Shown here in pieces: positions 28,023 to 36,918 of a stretch of DNA of 64,000 nt. The notes under the pieces were generated by a model that did no database searches, was not told the DNA's origin, and saw only the letters and a list, made by a program, of their open reading frames with translations. How positions within the stretch are numbered: the first letter of the stretch is position 1; every line of letters begins with the position of its first letter. The stretch is from Candidatus Iainarchaeum sp. (lineage in GTDB: Archaea > Iainarchaeota > Iainarchaeia > Iainarchaeales > UBA10219), in the NCBI GenBank assembly GCA_018304425.1, contig JAGVWE010000002.1, positions 64,001 through 128,000 on the forward strand. The letters are read 5' to 3'. Made by a program: the position numbers and the translations under genes.

Positions 28023-28071
28023 CTTCAGCCGGTGACAAGGCTTTTAATGAGTTCAGGGCGGAGTAATCCCT

Positions 28072-28395
28072 GTGGCAAACTACAAAGTCTTTTTGACGGC
28101 GGCGTTCGAGAAAAAACTGGCAAAAATGGATGGCACGTTCAAAGGCTGGTTCGAAAAAATGCTTGACCAATTGGCGGAAAATCCGTTCACAGGAAAACCG
28201 TTGGGCGTTGACTGGTTCAGGGAAAAGAAGCATGGCAAGCACCGGGTGTACTATCTTGTTTACGAGAACGTGAAAAGCATGTACGTTGTCAACTTGAGCG
28301 AAAAGAAGGACCAGGAAGTAATCATTAATTCCATCAAGCTGCTGTTTGACATGTACAAAAAGGAATTAGACGAATTGCTTGGCGGAACAAATTAG
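28072..28395 (+). CDS. RelE/ParE-like toxin
   Basis: YKVFLT..FEKKL, LAENPFTGKPL, REKK..HRVYY. Confidence 0.8.
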   Translation: MANYKVFLTAAFEKKLAKMDGTFKGWFEKMLDQLAENPFTGKPLGVDWFREKKHGKHRVYYLVYENVKSMYVVNLSEKKDQEVIINSIKLLFDMYKKELDELLGGTN

Positions 28396-28532
28396 CGCAC
28401 TTGCCGCACTCGTCCGGCCTTGATGTCGGCGAGGCTCGACACAAGGTCCTTGACGAATTCCAGGTCAATTTTTGCCTGCTTCTTCAACGCGAGATATTCG
28501 TCTCTTGGAATCGTAACCATTTGCTGTGTCAT
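28392..28532 (-). CDS. 46-aa RelB-like antitoxin (convergent with toxin)
   Basis: Manual translation MTQQMVTIPRDEYLALKKQAKIDLEFVKDLVSSLADIKAGRVRQVR; own TTTATAT box about 25 nt upstream. Confidence 0.75.
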   Translation of the reverse strand: MTQQMVTIPRDEYLALKKQAKIDLEFVKDLVSSLADIKAGRVRQVR

Positions 28533-28695
28533 GCATATAATGCGAGCAAAGCTCAATATAAACGTTTAGTTTTCAGCCCTGAAACGGTATTGCTCAAATA
28601 CCTTTAACTTCAGCCGCTGGACAGCGGGAAAACCGTTAAATAGGGGTTTGCCTTCATATAATGCGGGTTTTAACCTGTTTAGGGGAGGTACGGAG

Positions 28696-29844
28696 ATGAA
28701 CGGAAAGTACGTGATTGCGTTACTCGTGTTGGGCGTGCTGTTGGCTGGTTGCACGAACCAGCCGCCGGCGGCGGGGCCTGCACCCGGTCCGGTACCGGTT
28801 GAACCGCCCGCGACCAAGGAGCCCATCAAGCTCGGGTTCATTGGACCGCTTTCCGGGGACGTTGCCGCCATCGGAATCGGCAGCAAGGAAGGCGTCGAGA
28901 TGGCGGTCGAAGAAATCAACCAGGCCGGTGGCATCAACGACCGAAAAGTCGAGGTAATCTACGAGGACGGAAAGTGCTCGGGCGCGGCCGCGGCCTCGGC
29001 GGGAAACAAGCTCATCAACCTTGACAAGGTTTCGGCCATCATCGGCGGGCTCTGCTCGGGCGAGACCCTGGCCGTGGCGCCGGTCGCGGAAAAAGCAGGC
29101 GTCCTGATGTTATCGAGCTGTTCTTCTTCGCCGAAGGTAACGGAGGCCGGCGACTACATCTTCCGGGACTATCCCAGCGACGAGTTCCAGGGCGCGTTCG
29201 GGGCCGAGTATGCCTTCAACGAGTTGAAGGCGCGAAAAGTGGCCATCATTTATTCCCTGAGCGACTGGGGCGTTCCCATCAAGGACCGGTTCAAGGCCCG
29301 GTTCACGGAATTGGGTGGAACCATTGTCGCGGAGGAAGGCGTTGACGACAAAATCCAGGACACGCGGACCCAGTTGATGAAGCTCAAGTCCGCGAACCCG
29401 GACGCCGTGTACATGCCGCAGTACTCGGGCGCGACCGCCATCATCCTCAAGCAGGCAAAGGAACTCGGTTTAACCGTGCCCTTGCTGGGAGGCGACGCGG
29501 GCAACGACCCCAAGGTCATCGAAGTGGGTGGCAGCGCGGCGGAGGGCTTCCTCTCCACGGTGCCGTTCTCCGAGCCCCCCAAAGAATGGGAGGCTGCCTA
29601 CACCCAGCGGACCGGCCACGAAGTCAGGCTCTGCGGGGTGCACGCCTATGACGCGGCGAAGATAATGGCGAAGGCCTTGGCAGTGGTGGGGGACGACGCC
29701 TCCAAACTCAGGGACTACCTCTACGCCATGCCGCCCTATAAGGGCATGTCGGGAGAGGTCAGCTTTGACCGGAATGGCGACCTCAAGGGAGCCAGGTACT
29801 CGGTGCTGCAGGTCAAGAACGCCAAGTTCGAGAAAGTGTATTAA
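28696..29844 (+). CDS. LivK-like ABC substrate-binding lipoprotein (2)
   Basis: LAGC; IKLGFIGPLSG, GGLCS, YIFRDYPSD; GGAGGT SD. Confidence 0.93.
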   Translation: MNGKYVIALLVLGVLLAGCTNQPPAAGPAPGPVPVEPPATKEPIKLGFIGPLSGDVAAIGIGSKEGVEMAVEEINQAGGINDRKVEVIYEDGKCSGAAAASAGNKLINLDKVSAIIGGLCSGETLAVAPVAEKAGVLMLSSCSSSPKVTEAGDYIFRDYPSDEFQGAFGAEYAFNELKARKVAIIYSLSDWGVPIKDRFKARFTELGGTIVAEEGVDDKIQDTRTQLMKLKSANPDAVYMPQYSGATAIILKQAKELGLTVPLLGGDAGNDPKVIEVGGSAAEGFLSTVPFSEPPKEWEAAYTQRTGHEVRLCGVHAYDAAKIMAKALAVVGDDASKLRDYLYAMPPYKGMSGEVSFDRNGDLKGARYSVLQVKNAKFEKVY

Positions 29845-29865
29845 GAGCGGCCGGCGGCTGAAAGG

Positions 29866-29941
29866 CCCCGGTTCTTTTTTCTTTTATTTTTTCGGGCTAG
29901 CCGGCCGGCTGGAGTGGGTGAAAAAAGAAAAAAAGCCGGGG
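29866..29941. terminator. Back-to-back oligo-T terminators between convergent genes
   Basis: CCCCGG followed by a T-rich tract on + (29866-29892) and a similar motif on - (29941-29921). Confidence 0.6.
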
Positions 29942-29945
29942 TGGC

Positions 29946-30275
29946 TTAGTCTTTTGCCATGCCCCAGAGTGCTTTGACTGCCACGACCAAGGCTGCTGGT
30001 GCTGCCATGGTGGCTATGCCGCCGAGAATGCCCGCCAAGTACATTCCAATCATGGGAATGGCCTGGGTTCCAGCCGTGTTGGCTGCCAGCAAGGCAACCG
30101 TGGCCAGTAAGAAGTTGTGGGTCTCGTGGGCCGTGACGTTCAGGAATCCAACGACTAACCCGATTACGACCAGGATTAGCCCGACTTGGGGGATTGCGTT
30201 GGGCATGAACCCGTTCACCAAGGCGACTAATATGCCCAAGAGGAACAGGTACTGGCCCATCTTGCTCATTTCCAT
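29946..30275 (-). CDS. Small four-TM membrane protein
   Basis: GGAGGT SD; LVVIGLVVGFLNVT..E...FLLA..AL, APAALVVAVK. Confidence 0.85.
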   Translation of the reverse strand: MEMSKMGQYLFLLGILVALVNGFMPNAIPQVGLILVVIGLVVGFLNVTAHETHNFLLATVALLAANTAGTQAIPMIGMYLAGILGGIATMAAPAALVVAVKALWGMAKD

Positions 30276-30384
30276 CTTGTTTCGACCTCCAAACAAAGTT
30301 AAAAGTAGGAATTGATGGGCTTAAGAGGTATTTAAGGATAAGGTTTTCAACGAATGGAATTACGGCGGAAGACGAAGTAAACGG

Positions 30385-31377
30385 TTATTCGGGGTAGTAT
30401 TTGATGTCGTAGAGCTTGTAGTAAATGAAGTGGCTGTAGTCGGCCAGGGTGTCGCCTGCAACCGTCAACACCTCGCGTTGGATGGCCTTGAACTCGTCAT
30501 AGCTTTGGACCAGCATCTCGACTTCGAAGTCATAGTAGCCGATGGCGTCGTTCCAGAAGACGATGTGGGGGCAGATGCGCGCGTATTCGAGGAGGCTCGC
30601 GTACTTGGAGCGGTTTTTGAGGCGAAGGTGCAGCTTGTACATTAAGTAACCCAGCTTGGAGGAATTGAGTTGGGCGCGGTAGGCGAGGATGATGCCCGAG
30701 GCCTCCATCTTCTTCAAGGAGTAGCGCACGACGACGGGAGAGAGGGAAATCCGTTGCGCGATGGAAACGATGGGTTCCCGGGCATTGCTTGAAACAAAGG
30801 CGAGCACCTTTTTGTCCGAATTGGAGAGCTCCACGTTCGAAAAGGCCTGGCCCATGGCCTGGAAGGGCCGGTCGCGCACTTCATGGGGCAGGATGCAGGC
30901 GCAGGCAAAGGTGGTCAAGCCATTGTACACGCAGACCACCGTGTTCTGGATGTGTTCCTGGAACATGGAGAGGAACTTTATCCAGAAGTCCCTGAACTCG
31001 TAGGTGTTCTTCACCCAGACCAGGAAGCCGAAGTCGAATTCGCCGTCGATGTTGCCGCTCCACCAGACATGCTTGTGGCCGGAAATGAAGTCGAAGACCT
31101 CCTGCCGCTTGGCCTCGTCGAGGATGCTGAACTTCAAGTACACCCGGAAGGTCTGGAAGCCCAGCTTCGGCGAGTCCACGACCGCGTAAAACCGGTCGAT
31201 GAAACCGTTCTCCAAGAGCTTGCCGATGCGGTAGTTGACCACGTTTTTGTTCACGCGCAGCTTCTTCCCGATGGCCGCATTCGACTGCCTGCAATTGCAG
31301 TCCAGCTCGTACAGGATTTTGCAGTCGAGCTCGTCCAAGCCCTTGGCGGCAAATGCAGACTTATCCCAAAAATGCAT
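30385..31377 (-). CDS. Tandem (double) Lrp/AsnC transcriptional regulator
   Basis: Two HTH+RAM units: LDELDCKILYEL..NCRQS and LSNSDKKVL...NAREP; divergent from third livK. Confidence 0.9.
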   Translation of the reverse strand: MHFWDKSAFAAKGLDELDCKILYELDCNCRQSNAAIGKKLRVNKNVVNYRIGKLLENGFIDRFYAVVDSPKLGFQTFRVYLKFSILDEAKRQEVFDFISGHKHVWWSGNIDGEFDFGFLVWVKNTYEFRDFWIKFLSMFQEHIQNTVVCVYNGLTTFACACILPHEVRDRPFQAMGQAFSNVELSNSDKKVLAFVSSNAREPIVSIAQRISLSPVVVRYSLKKMEASGIILAYRAQLNSSKLGYLMYKLHLRLKNRSKYASLLEYARICPHIVFWNDAIGYYDFEVEMLVQSYDEFKAIQREVLTVAGDTLADYSHFIYYKLYDIKYYPE

Positions 31378-31502
31378 TTTAGGTCAAAATAAGTATTTAA
31401 AGCAACAATTTATATATTTGACTAAAAAATGGCCACATATTCTTATTAAGTGGGTAGACCGAAGGTATGTTAGGTCCCCCACGGGGACCGGGAAGGGGTT
31501 GG

Positions 31503-32663
31503 ATGAAGGTTTCCATTGTTCTATGGGTCGCCGTACTGCTCGCATTGGCTGGGTGCGTCCAAGGGACGCAAGGCACGCAGGGCACCCAAGGCGGCTCCCA
31601 GGCCCAGCCGGGTGGGGCGGCAGACGCGAGCGGTGAAATCGTCCTCGGGTTTGCGGACGCCCTGACTGGCGACGCGGCCACCTACGGCGCGGTCTCCAGG
31701 AACGCCATCGAGATGGCCGTGGACGAAATCAACACCGAAGGCGGCATCAACGGGAAAAGGTTGCGCGTCATCTATGAAGACAACAAGTGCAATGGCAAGG
31801 ACGCTGCAACCGTTGCGCAAAAACTGGTTAACGTCGACAAGGTCAAGGTCATCGTGGGATGGAGCTGCAGCGGCGCGGTGCTGGGCGCGGCGCCCGTGAC
31901 CGAGAAAGCTAGGGTCATCATCCTGGACGGCTACGCCAGCAACCCCGACATCACCTATGCCGGCGACTACGTTTTCCGCACGAGCTACTCGGACACCCTC
32001 AGCGGCGAGGTGCTCGCGAAAGCCATGCAAGGGTTCTCGCGCGTGGCCGCGCTGGCCGAAGCGACGCCGTATGCGGAAGGCGTGGTGAAAGCCTTCAAGG
32101 CGAAGTTCGGCAAACCCCTGACCGCCGAGGAGACCTATTTGCAGGAGTCCCGGGACATGCGCACGCAAATCACGAAGCTCGCGGCCACGAACCCCGAGGC
32201 CATCGTGGTGAGCCCGCAGTCGGCCATAACCGGCGGGATTGCCGTAAAGCAGTTGCGGGAGCTGGGCTTCAAGGGAGCCATCTACTCGAGCATCGTCATC
32301 GGCGGCCCGGAGTTCCTCGCGCAGGCCGGCGCGGCTGCCGAAGGCGTGCTGTTCCAGGCCGACCCCGAGGCAGTTGAGTCCACTGAAAAAACACGGGTAT
32401 TTTCCGATTACCGGAAAAGACATGGAGACGAACCCGGCTACCCCTATGCCCTTGCCAGCAACTGGGACGCGATGATGATTCTCGCGGAAGGGTTGCGGAA
32501 GGTCGGCTACGACGCTGACAGGCTGCGTGATTACCTGTATTCGGTCAAGGCCTACGACGGCATCCTGGGCCGCATCGGGTTCGATGAGAACGGGGATGTA
32601 ACCGGCTTGAACAGCCAGGTGAAGGTCTGGCAGAACGGGAAGACCGTGCCGGCCGAGGAATAG
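31503..32663 (+). CDS. LivK-like ABC substrate-binding lipoprotein (3)
   Basis: LAGC; ALTGDAA, EINTEGGING, GWSCSG, YVFRTSYSD. Confidence 0.93.
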   Translation: MKVSIVLWVAVLLALAGCVQGTQGTQGTQGGSQAQPGGAADASGEIVLGFADALTGDAATYGAVSRNAIEMAVDEINTEGGINGKRLRVIYEDNKCNGKDAATVAQKLVNVDKVKVIVGWSCSGAVLGAAPVTEKARVIILDGYASNPDITYAGDYVFRTSYSDTLSGEVLAKAMQGFSRVAALAEATPYAEGVVKAFKAKFGKPLTAEETYLQESRDMRTQITKLAATNPEAIVVSPQSAITGGIAVKQLRELGFKGAIYSSIVIGGPEFLAQAGAAAEGVLFQADPEAVESTEKTRVFSDYRKRHGDEPGYPYALASNWDAMMILAEGLRKVGYDADRLRDYLYSVKAYDGILGRIGFDENGDVTGLNSQVKVWQNGKTVPAEE

Positions 32664-32742
32664 ACCGGTGAAGGGCGGGGTAAGGTTAATTAACCCCGTC
32701 TCCCCTCTTTATTTCGAATTCCTGGTTAGGGGGTAACGGGTT

Positions 32743-33639
32743 TTGTGGAGTGAGTTTTTCGCGGTGCTGCCGCAGTTGCTGATGAACGGCTTGATAGCCG
32801 GCGGCATCTACTCGCTCATCGCCATCGGCTACACCATGATTTACGGCATATTGCGGTTCATCAACTTCGCGTACGGCGAAATCGCGATGGTCGGAGCCTA
32901 CGCGGCTTACACGGCCATCGTGTGGCTGCACTGGCCGCTGTGGGCCGGGGTCCTGGCCGCCCTCGCGGTGTGCTCGTTGCTTGGCGTGGCCATCGACTTC
33001 GTGGCCTACAAGCCCCTGCGAAAGGCCAACCGGTTGTCCTCGCTCATCACGGCCATCGCGGTCAGCCTCCTCCTCCAAAACCTCGTCGCCTTGTTCTATG
33101 GCAACGAAATCAAGACCTTTCGGGAGGGGCCGGTCGAGCAGGGCATGAACTTCTTCGGCGCGTTCATCACACCCACCCAGGTAACCATCATCGCCACCGC
33201 GTTCCTCCTCATGGCCGGACTCTACTGGTTCGTCGCGAAAACAAAACTCGGCAAGGCCATCCGGGCAACTGCCGACGACATGGAACTCGCGAAAGTCGTC
33301 GGCATCGACTCCGAAAAAGTGATTCGCACCACGTTTGCCCTGGGCTCGGGCCTCGCAGCCGCGGCCGGGGTGTTGATTGCCTTGGAGCAAAACATCGAGC
33401 CCACCATGGGCGTGATGCCGGGAATCAAGGCCTTCACCGCGGCAGTCGTTGGAGGGATTGGCAGCATCCAGGGAGCCATGCTGGGCGGCATGCTGATCGG
33501 CTTGGTGGAAAACATCGGCATCTGGTTCCTGCCCAGCGGCTACAAGGACGCGATTGCCTTCGTGGTGCTGATTTTCTTCCTGATGTTCAAGCCCAAGGGC
33601 CTGCTCGGCGGAAAACTGGAGGAGGACGTCCGCAAATGA
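32743..33639 (+). CDS. livH: Branched-chain amino acid ABC permease LivH
   Basis: NGLIAGGIYSLIAIGYTMIYG, INFAYGE, GKAIRA, AFTAAVVGGIG. Confidence 0.95.
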   Translation: MWSEFFAVLPQLLMNGLIAGGIYSLIAIGYTMIYGILRFINFAYGEIAMVGAYAAYTAIVWLHWPLWAGVLAALAVCSLLGVAIDFVAYKPLRKANRLSSLITAIAVSLLLQNLVALFYGNEIKTFREGPVEQGMNFFGAFITPTQVTIIATAFLLMAGLYWFVAKTKLGKAIRATADDMELAKVVGIDSEKVIRTTFALGSGLAAAAGVLIALEQNIEPTMGVMPGIKAFTAAVVGGIGSIQGAMLGGMLIGLVENIGIWFLPSGYKDAIAFVVLIFFLMFKPKGLLGGKLEEDVRK

Positions 33640-34544
33640 TCGACCTGCTCGGCATGTGGCCTTACTTCCTGCACCTCCTCATCTACATCGGCATCTACGC
33701 CATCCTCGGCATGAGCCTCAACCTCATCACGGGCTACACGGGGCTGCTGAACCTTGGCCACGCGGCCTTCTGGGGCATTGGAGCCTATACCAGCGTCCTC
33801 CTGGTCTTGGCGGGAATTCCCTGGCTCCTGGCCCTGGTGGCCTCGGCCGTACTGGCCGGCCTAGCCGGGCTGTTGATTGGCTTTCCCTCGCTGAACCTCC
33901 GCGGCGACTACTTCGCGGTCGCAACCCTTGGCTTCGGCGAAATCATTCGAAGCATCCTCATCAACTGGAGCGAGGTCACGAGGGGCCCGCTCGGCATCCC
34001 CGGCATTCCGAGGCCGGAAGTGATGGGGTTCGTGTTTGAATCCAACGAGGCCTTCCTCGCCCTGGTCCTGGCGCTCGCGTTCCTGACCTATGTCTTCCTG
34101 CGGCGGCTCACGCGCTCGAGCTTTGGAAGGGTGCTGCGCGCCATCCGCGAAGACGAAATCGCGGCACAGGCGCTGGGCAAGGACGTGAACAAGTACAAGC
34201 TCACGGCCATGGGCATCGGCGCGGGTTTCGCGGGAATCGCGGGCGGCTTGTTCGCGCACTACATCACCTTCATCGACCCGACCTCCTTTGTCTTGAACGA
34301 GTCCGTGCTGATGCTGTTGATCGTCGTGTTGGGCGGCATGGGCAGCCTCGAGGGCTCGCTGGTGGGGGCTGTTGCCCTCGTGTTGTTGCCTGAACCGCTC
34401 CGGCTCATCGGCGCGAACTCGGACATCACGTGGCTGAAGACGGGTTTCGCGCAGGTGCGGATGGCGGTCTATGCCCTGGTGCTGTTGCTGGTCATCATCC
34501 GGTTGCCGCAGGGCCTGCTGGGCGAGGGGAGGAACCGCAAATGA
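33636..34544 (+). CDS. livM: Branched-chain amino acid ABC permease LivM
   Basis: SLNLITGYTGLLNLGHAAF, LRGDYFAVATLGFGE, AIREDE. Confidence 0.95.
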   Translation: MIDLLGMWPYFLHLLIYIGIYAILGMSLNLITGYTGLLNLGHAAFWGIGAYTSVLLVLAGIPWLLALVASAVLAGLAGLLIGFPSLNLRGDYFAVATLGFGEIIRSILINWSEVTRGPLGIPGIPRPEVMGFVFESNEAFLALVLALAFLTYVFLRRLTRSSFGRVLRAIREDEIAAQALGKDVNKYKLTAMGIGAGFAGIAGGLFAHYITFIDPTSFVLNESVLMLLIVVLGGMGSLEGSLVGAVALVLLPEPLRLIGANSDITWLKTGFAQVRMAVYALVLLLVIIRLPQGLLGEGRNRK

Positions 34545-35311
34545 AGGAGGCCATGCTGAATGTCAGGGGTATCTCCAAGGACTTCGGCGGCTTGAAGGCC
34601 TTGAACAACGTGTCCTTCGAGGTCGGCGAACGGGAAGTCGTGGGCTTGATTGGCCCGAACGGCTCGGGAAAGACCACCCTCTTCGAAATCATCAACGGGT
34701 TTTACCTGCCGAGCCACGGCAGCGTGGAGTGCTGCGGGCAACGCATCACGGGCTTGTTGCCGCATGAGATTGCCCGGAGAGGCATTGGCCGGACCTTCCA
34801 GATTGTCCGGTTGTTCCCCAAGCTCACCGTCCTCGAAAACCTGCTGGTCGCGGAACAGCACTTGAAGGGCGAGTTGCTGCTGCATGCCCTCCTCAAATTG
34901 AGGCATGTCGAGGCCGAAGACCGCGCCAACAAGGAGAAGGCATTGAAGCTACTGGAGCTCGTGGAACTCGGGCACAAGAAAAACGAGTTGGCGGAAAACC
35001 TGTCCTATGGCCAGCAGAAGCTGCTGGAGATTGCGCGGGCGCTGGCCTTGGAGCCGCGGATTTTGTTGTTGGACGAGCCGGATGCGGGCTTGAACCCGAC
35101 TATTGCCAGGAAGGTGTTCAACGTCGTCAAGGAACTGAAGAAGGAAGGCAAAAGCGTTCTGATGATCGAGCACGACATGGAGACCGTGATGGGCTTGTGC
35201 GACCGCGTGGTGGTGCTGGACTTCGGCGAGAAAATCGCGGAAGGAACCCCCAAGGAAATCCAGGCCAACGAGAAGGTCTTGGAAGCCTACCTGGGGAAGG
35301 TGAAAAAATGA
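34541..35311 (+). CDS. livG: ABC ATP-binding protein LivG
   Basis: GPNGSGKTT, RTFQ, LSYGQQK, LLDEP, IEHDM. Confidence 0.95.
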   Translation: MKEAMLNVRGISKDFGGLKALNNVSFEVGEREVVGLIGPNGSGKTTLFEIINGFYLPSHGSVECCGQRITGLLPHEIARRGIGRTFQIVRLFPKLTVLENLLVAEQHLKGELLLHALLKLRHVEAEDRANKEKALKLLELVELGHKKNELAENLSYGQQKLLEIARALALEPRILLLDEPDAGLNPTIARKVFNVVKELKKEGKSVLMIEHDMETVMGLCDRVVVLDFGEKIAEGTPKEIQANEKVLEAYLGKVKK

Positions 35312-36021
35312 GCGCCGCCCTGAAAATCGAGAACCTGCACGCGGGGTACGGCAAGCTGCCCATCCTCAACGGCGTGAACCTCTCCGTGGAAGCCGAGAGC
35401 ATTACGGCCCTGATTGGCCCCAATGGAGCCGGCAAGAGCACGGTGTTGAAGGCCGTGTTTGGCTTGACGGGCTGGCGCAAGGGCCGCATCAGCTTCGAAG
35501 GCGAGGAGCTCTCGCGGCTGCCCACCCATGAAATCATCCGGCACGGCGTGTGCTTCGTCCACCAGGGGCGGAACATCTTTCCCACCCTGTCCGTGCAGGA
35601 AAACCTCGAACTCGGGGCCTACATCCGGGCAAACGAGGCCTCCCTGGTCTCCGACCTGGAGCGGGTGTACGAGTTGTTCCCGGCACTCAAGAAAAAGAGG
35701 CTGGACACCGCGAAAAGCCTGTCAGGCGGGCAGCAACAGATGCTGGGCCTGGGCCGGGCGCTGATGCTGCACCCCAAGATGCTGTTGTTGGACGAGCCCT
35801 CGCTGGGCCTGGCGCCCAAGATTTTGCGGGAAATCTTCGAAAAAATCGGCTACATCAACGAGTTGGGCACCACCATTCTCCTCGTCGAGCAAAACGTGCA
35901 AGAGGCCCTGGAGTACAGCGACAAGGTGTTCATCCTCCGTGAGGGAAGAGTCGAGTTCGAAGGCACGCCCAAGGAAGTGCTGGCCAGCGACGTACTGAAG
36001 AAGGCGTACCTGGGTCGCTGA
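35308..36021 (+). CDS. livF: ABC ATP-binding protein LivF
   Basis: GPNGAGKST, LSGGQQQM, LLDEPSLGLAP, LVEQN. Confidence 0.95.
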   Translation: MSAALKIENLHAGYGKLPILNGVNLSVEAESITALIGPNGAGKSTVLKAVFGLTGWRKGRISFEGEELSRLPTHEIIRHGVCFVHQGRNIFPTLSVQENLELGAYIRANEASLVSDLERVYELFPALKKKRLDTAKSLSGGQQQMLGLGRALMLHPKMLLLDEPSLGLAPKILREIFEKIGYINELGTTILLVEQNVQEALEYSDKVFILREGRVEFEGTPKEVLASDVLKKAYLGR

Positions 36022-36022
36022 A

Positions 36023-36856
36023 CTACTTCTTGTCCTTCTTCTTGTCAGCGAACAACTGGAGGGCTTCCAGGACCTCCACCGGCACGGCCAGGATGACGGT
36101 GTTGGAGGCGGTTGGCCCCAGGCCGTCAATGGTTTGAAGCGTTCTCAACTGCATGGCGCCCTTGCTCGTGGCCATGATTTCCGCGGCCTGCGCGAGGTTG
36201 ACGGCGGCCAGCTTGTCTCCCTCTGCCTTGATGATGGTGGCGCGCTTCTCCCGCTCGGAGCTGGCCTGCCGGGACATGAGCCGCTTTAGGTCTTCCGGCA
36301 TGTCGATGTCCTGCAGCTTGATGGACGTTACTTCAATTCCCCAGTTCAGCGTCTCCCGTTCCACGATTTTCTCTATTTCTTCCCCGATTTTCGTGCGCTC
36401 CGCCAGAATCTCGTCCAAGGTCATGCCGCCGATGACGTCCCGCAACGCGGTCTGCGCGTACTGGGAGACGGCATAGGCATAGTCCTGGACTTTTAGGATG
36501 GCCTTGGAAGCATCGGCTACCTTGAAGTAGACCACGCCGTTGATGGAGACCGGCACGTTGTCCTTGGTGATGGCCTGCTGCTTGGGGATGTCAATGGTTA
36601 TCACGCGCATGTCCACCACTTTCACCCACTCAATGAGGGGGATGACGAGGTTGAGGCCCGGGTTTAGGGTGCCCGCAAAGCGGCCCAAGCGGAACTTGAT
36701 GCCGGTCTCGTACTGCTGGATGACCTTGATGGCCATGAAGAACAAGACCAGGAACAGGCCAGTGACCGGGATGAAGCCGCCCACGAAGTACAAGCCGCTG
36801 AACAACAGCAACAACAGGAGGGCCAACACGAGGACGGCCAGGTACTCTAACAACAT
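36023..36856 (-). CDS. SPFH/stomatin-family protein
   Basis: FRLGRF, ITKDNV, AQTALRDVIG, EREKRA, LRTLQT. Confidence 0.95.
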   Translation of the reverse strand: MLLEYLAVLVLALLLLLLFSGLYFVGGFIPVTGLFLVLFFMAIKVIQQYETGIKFRLGRFAGTLNPGLNLVIPLIEWVKVVDMRVITIDIPKQQAITKDNVPVSINGVVYFKVADASKAILKVQDYAYAVSQYAQTALRDVIGGMTLDEILAERTKIGEEIEKIVERETLNWGIEVTSIKLQDIDMPEDLKRLMSRQASSEREKRATIIKAEGDKLAAVNLAQAAEIMATSKGAMQLRTLQTIDGLGPTASNTVILAVPVEVLEALQLFADKKKDKK

Positions 36857-36918
36857 GGAAATCCATTGAATGGGGGTTCAATAAGAATAAAAGGCTATTC
36901 GCGGGTTGTGTGGTTTGA

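Larger units (their letters stand above)
28009..28616. mobile_element. TA cassette bounded by 23-bp direct repeats
   Basis: TCAAATACCTTTAACTTCAGCCG at 28009-28031 and 28594-28616. Confidence 0.7.

Noticed and set aside
28601-28641. TTTAAC...CCGCTG-GA-CAGCGG...GTTAAAT resembling an integron attC site
   Set aside because: Only about 41 bp, imperfect RYYYAAC, and GTTAAAT doubles as the TATA box of the next livK; no integron integrase in the window
31560-31592. (QGT)x3 short repeat in livK3
   Set aside because: Ordinary flexible lipoprotein linker with degenerate codons; no evidence of slippage
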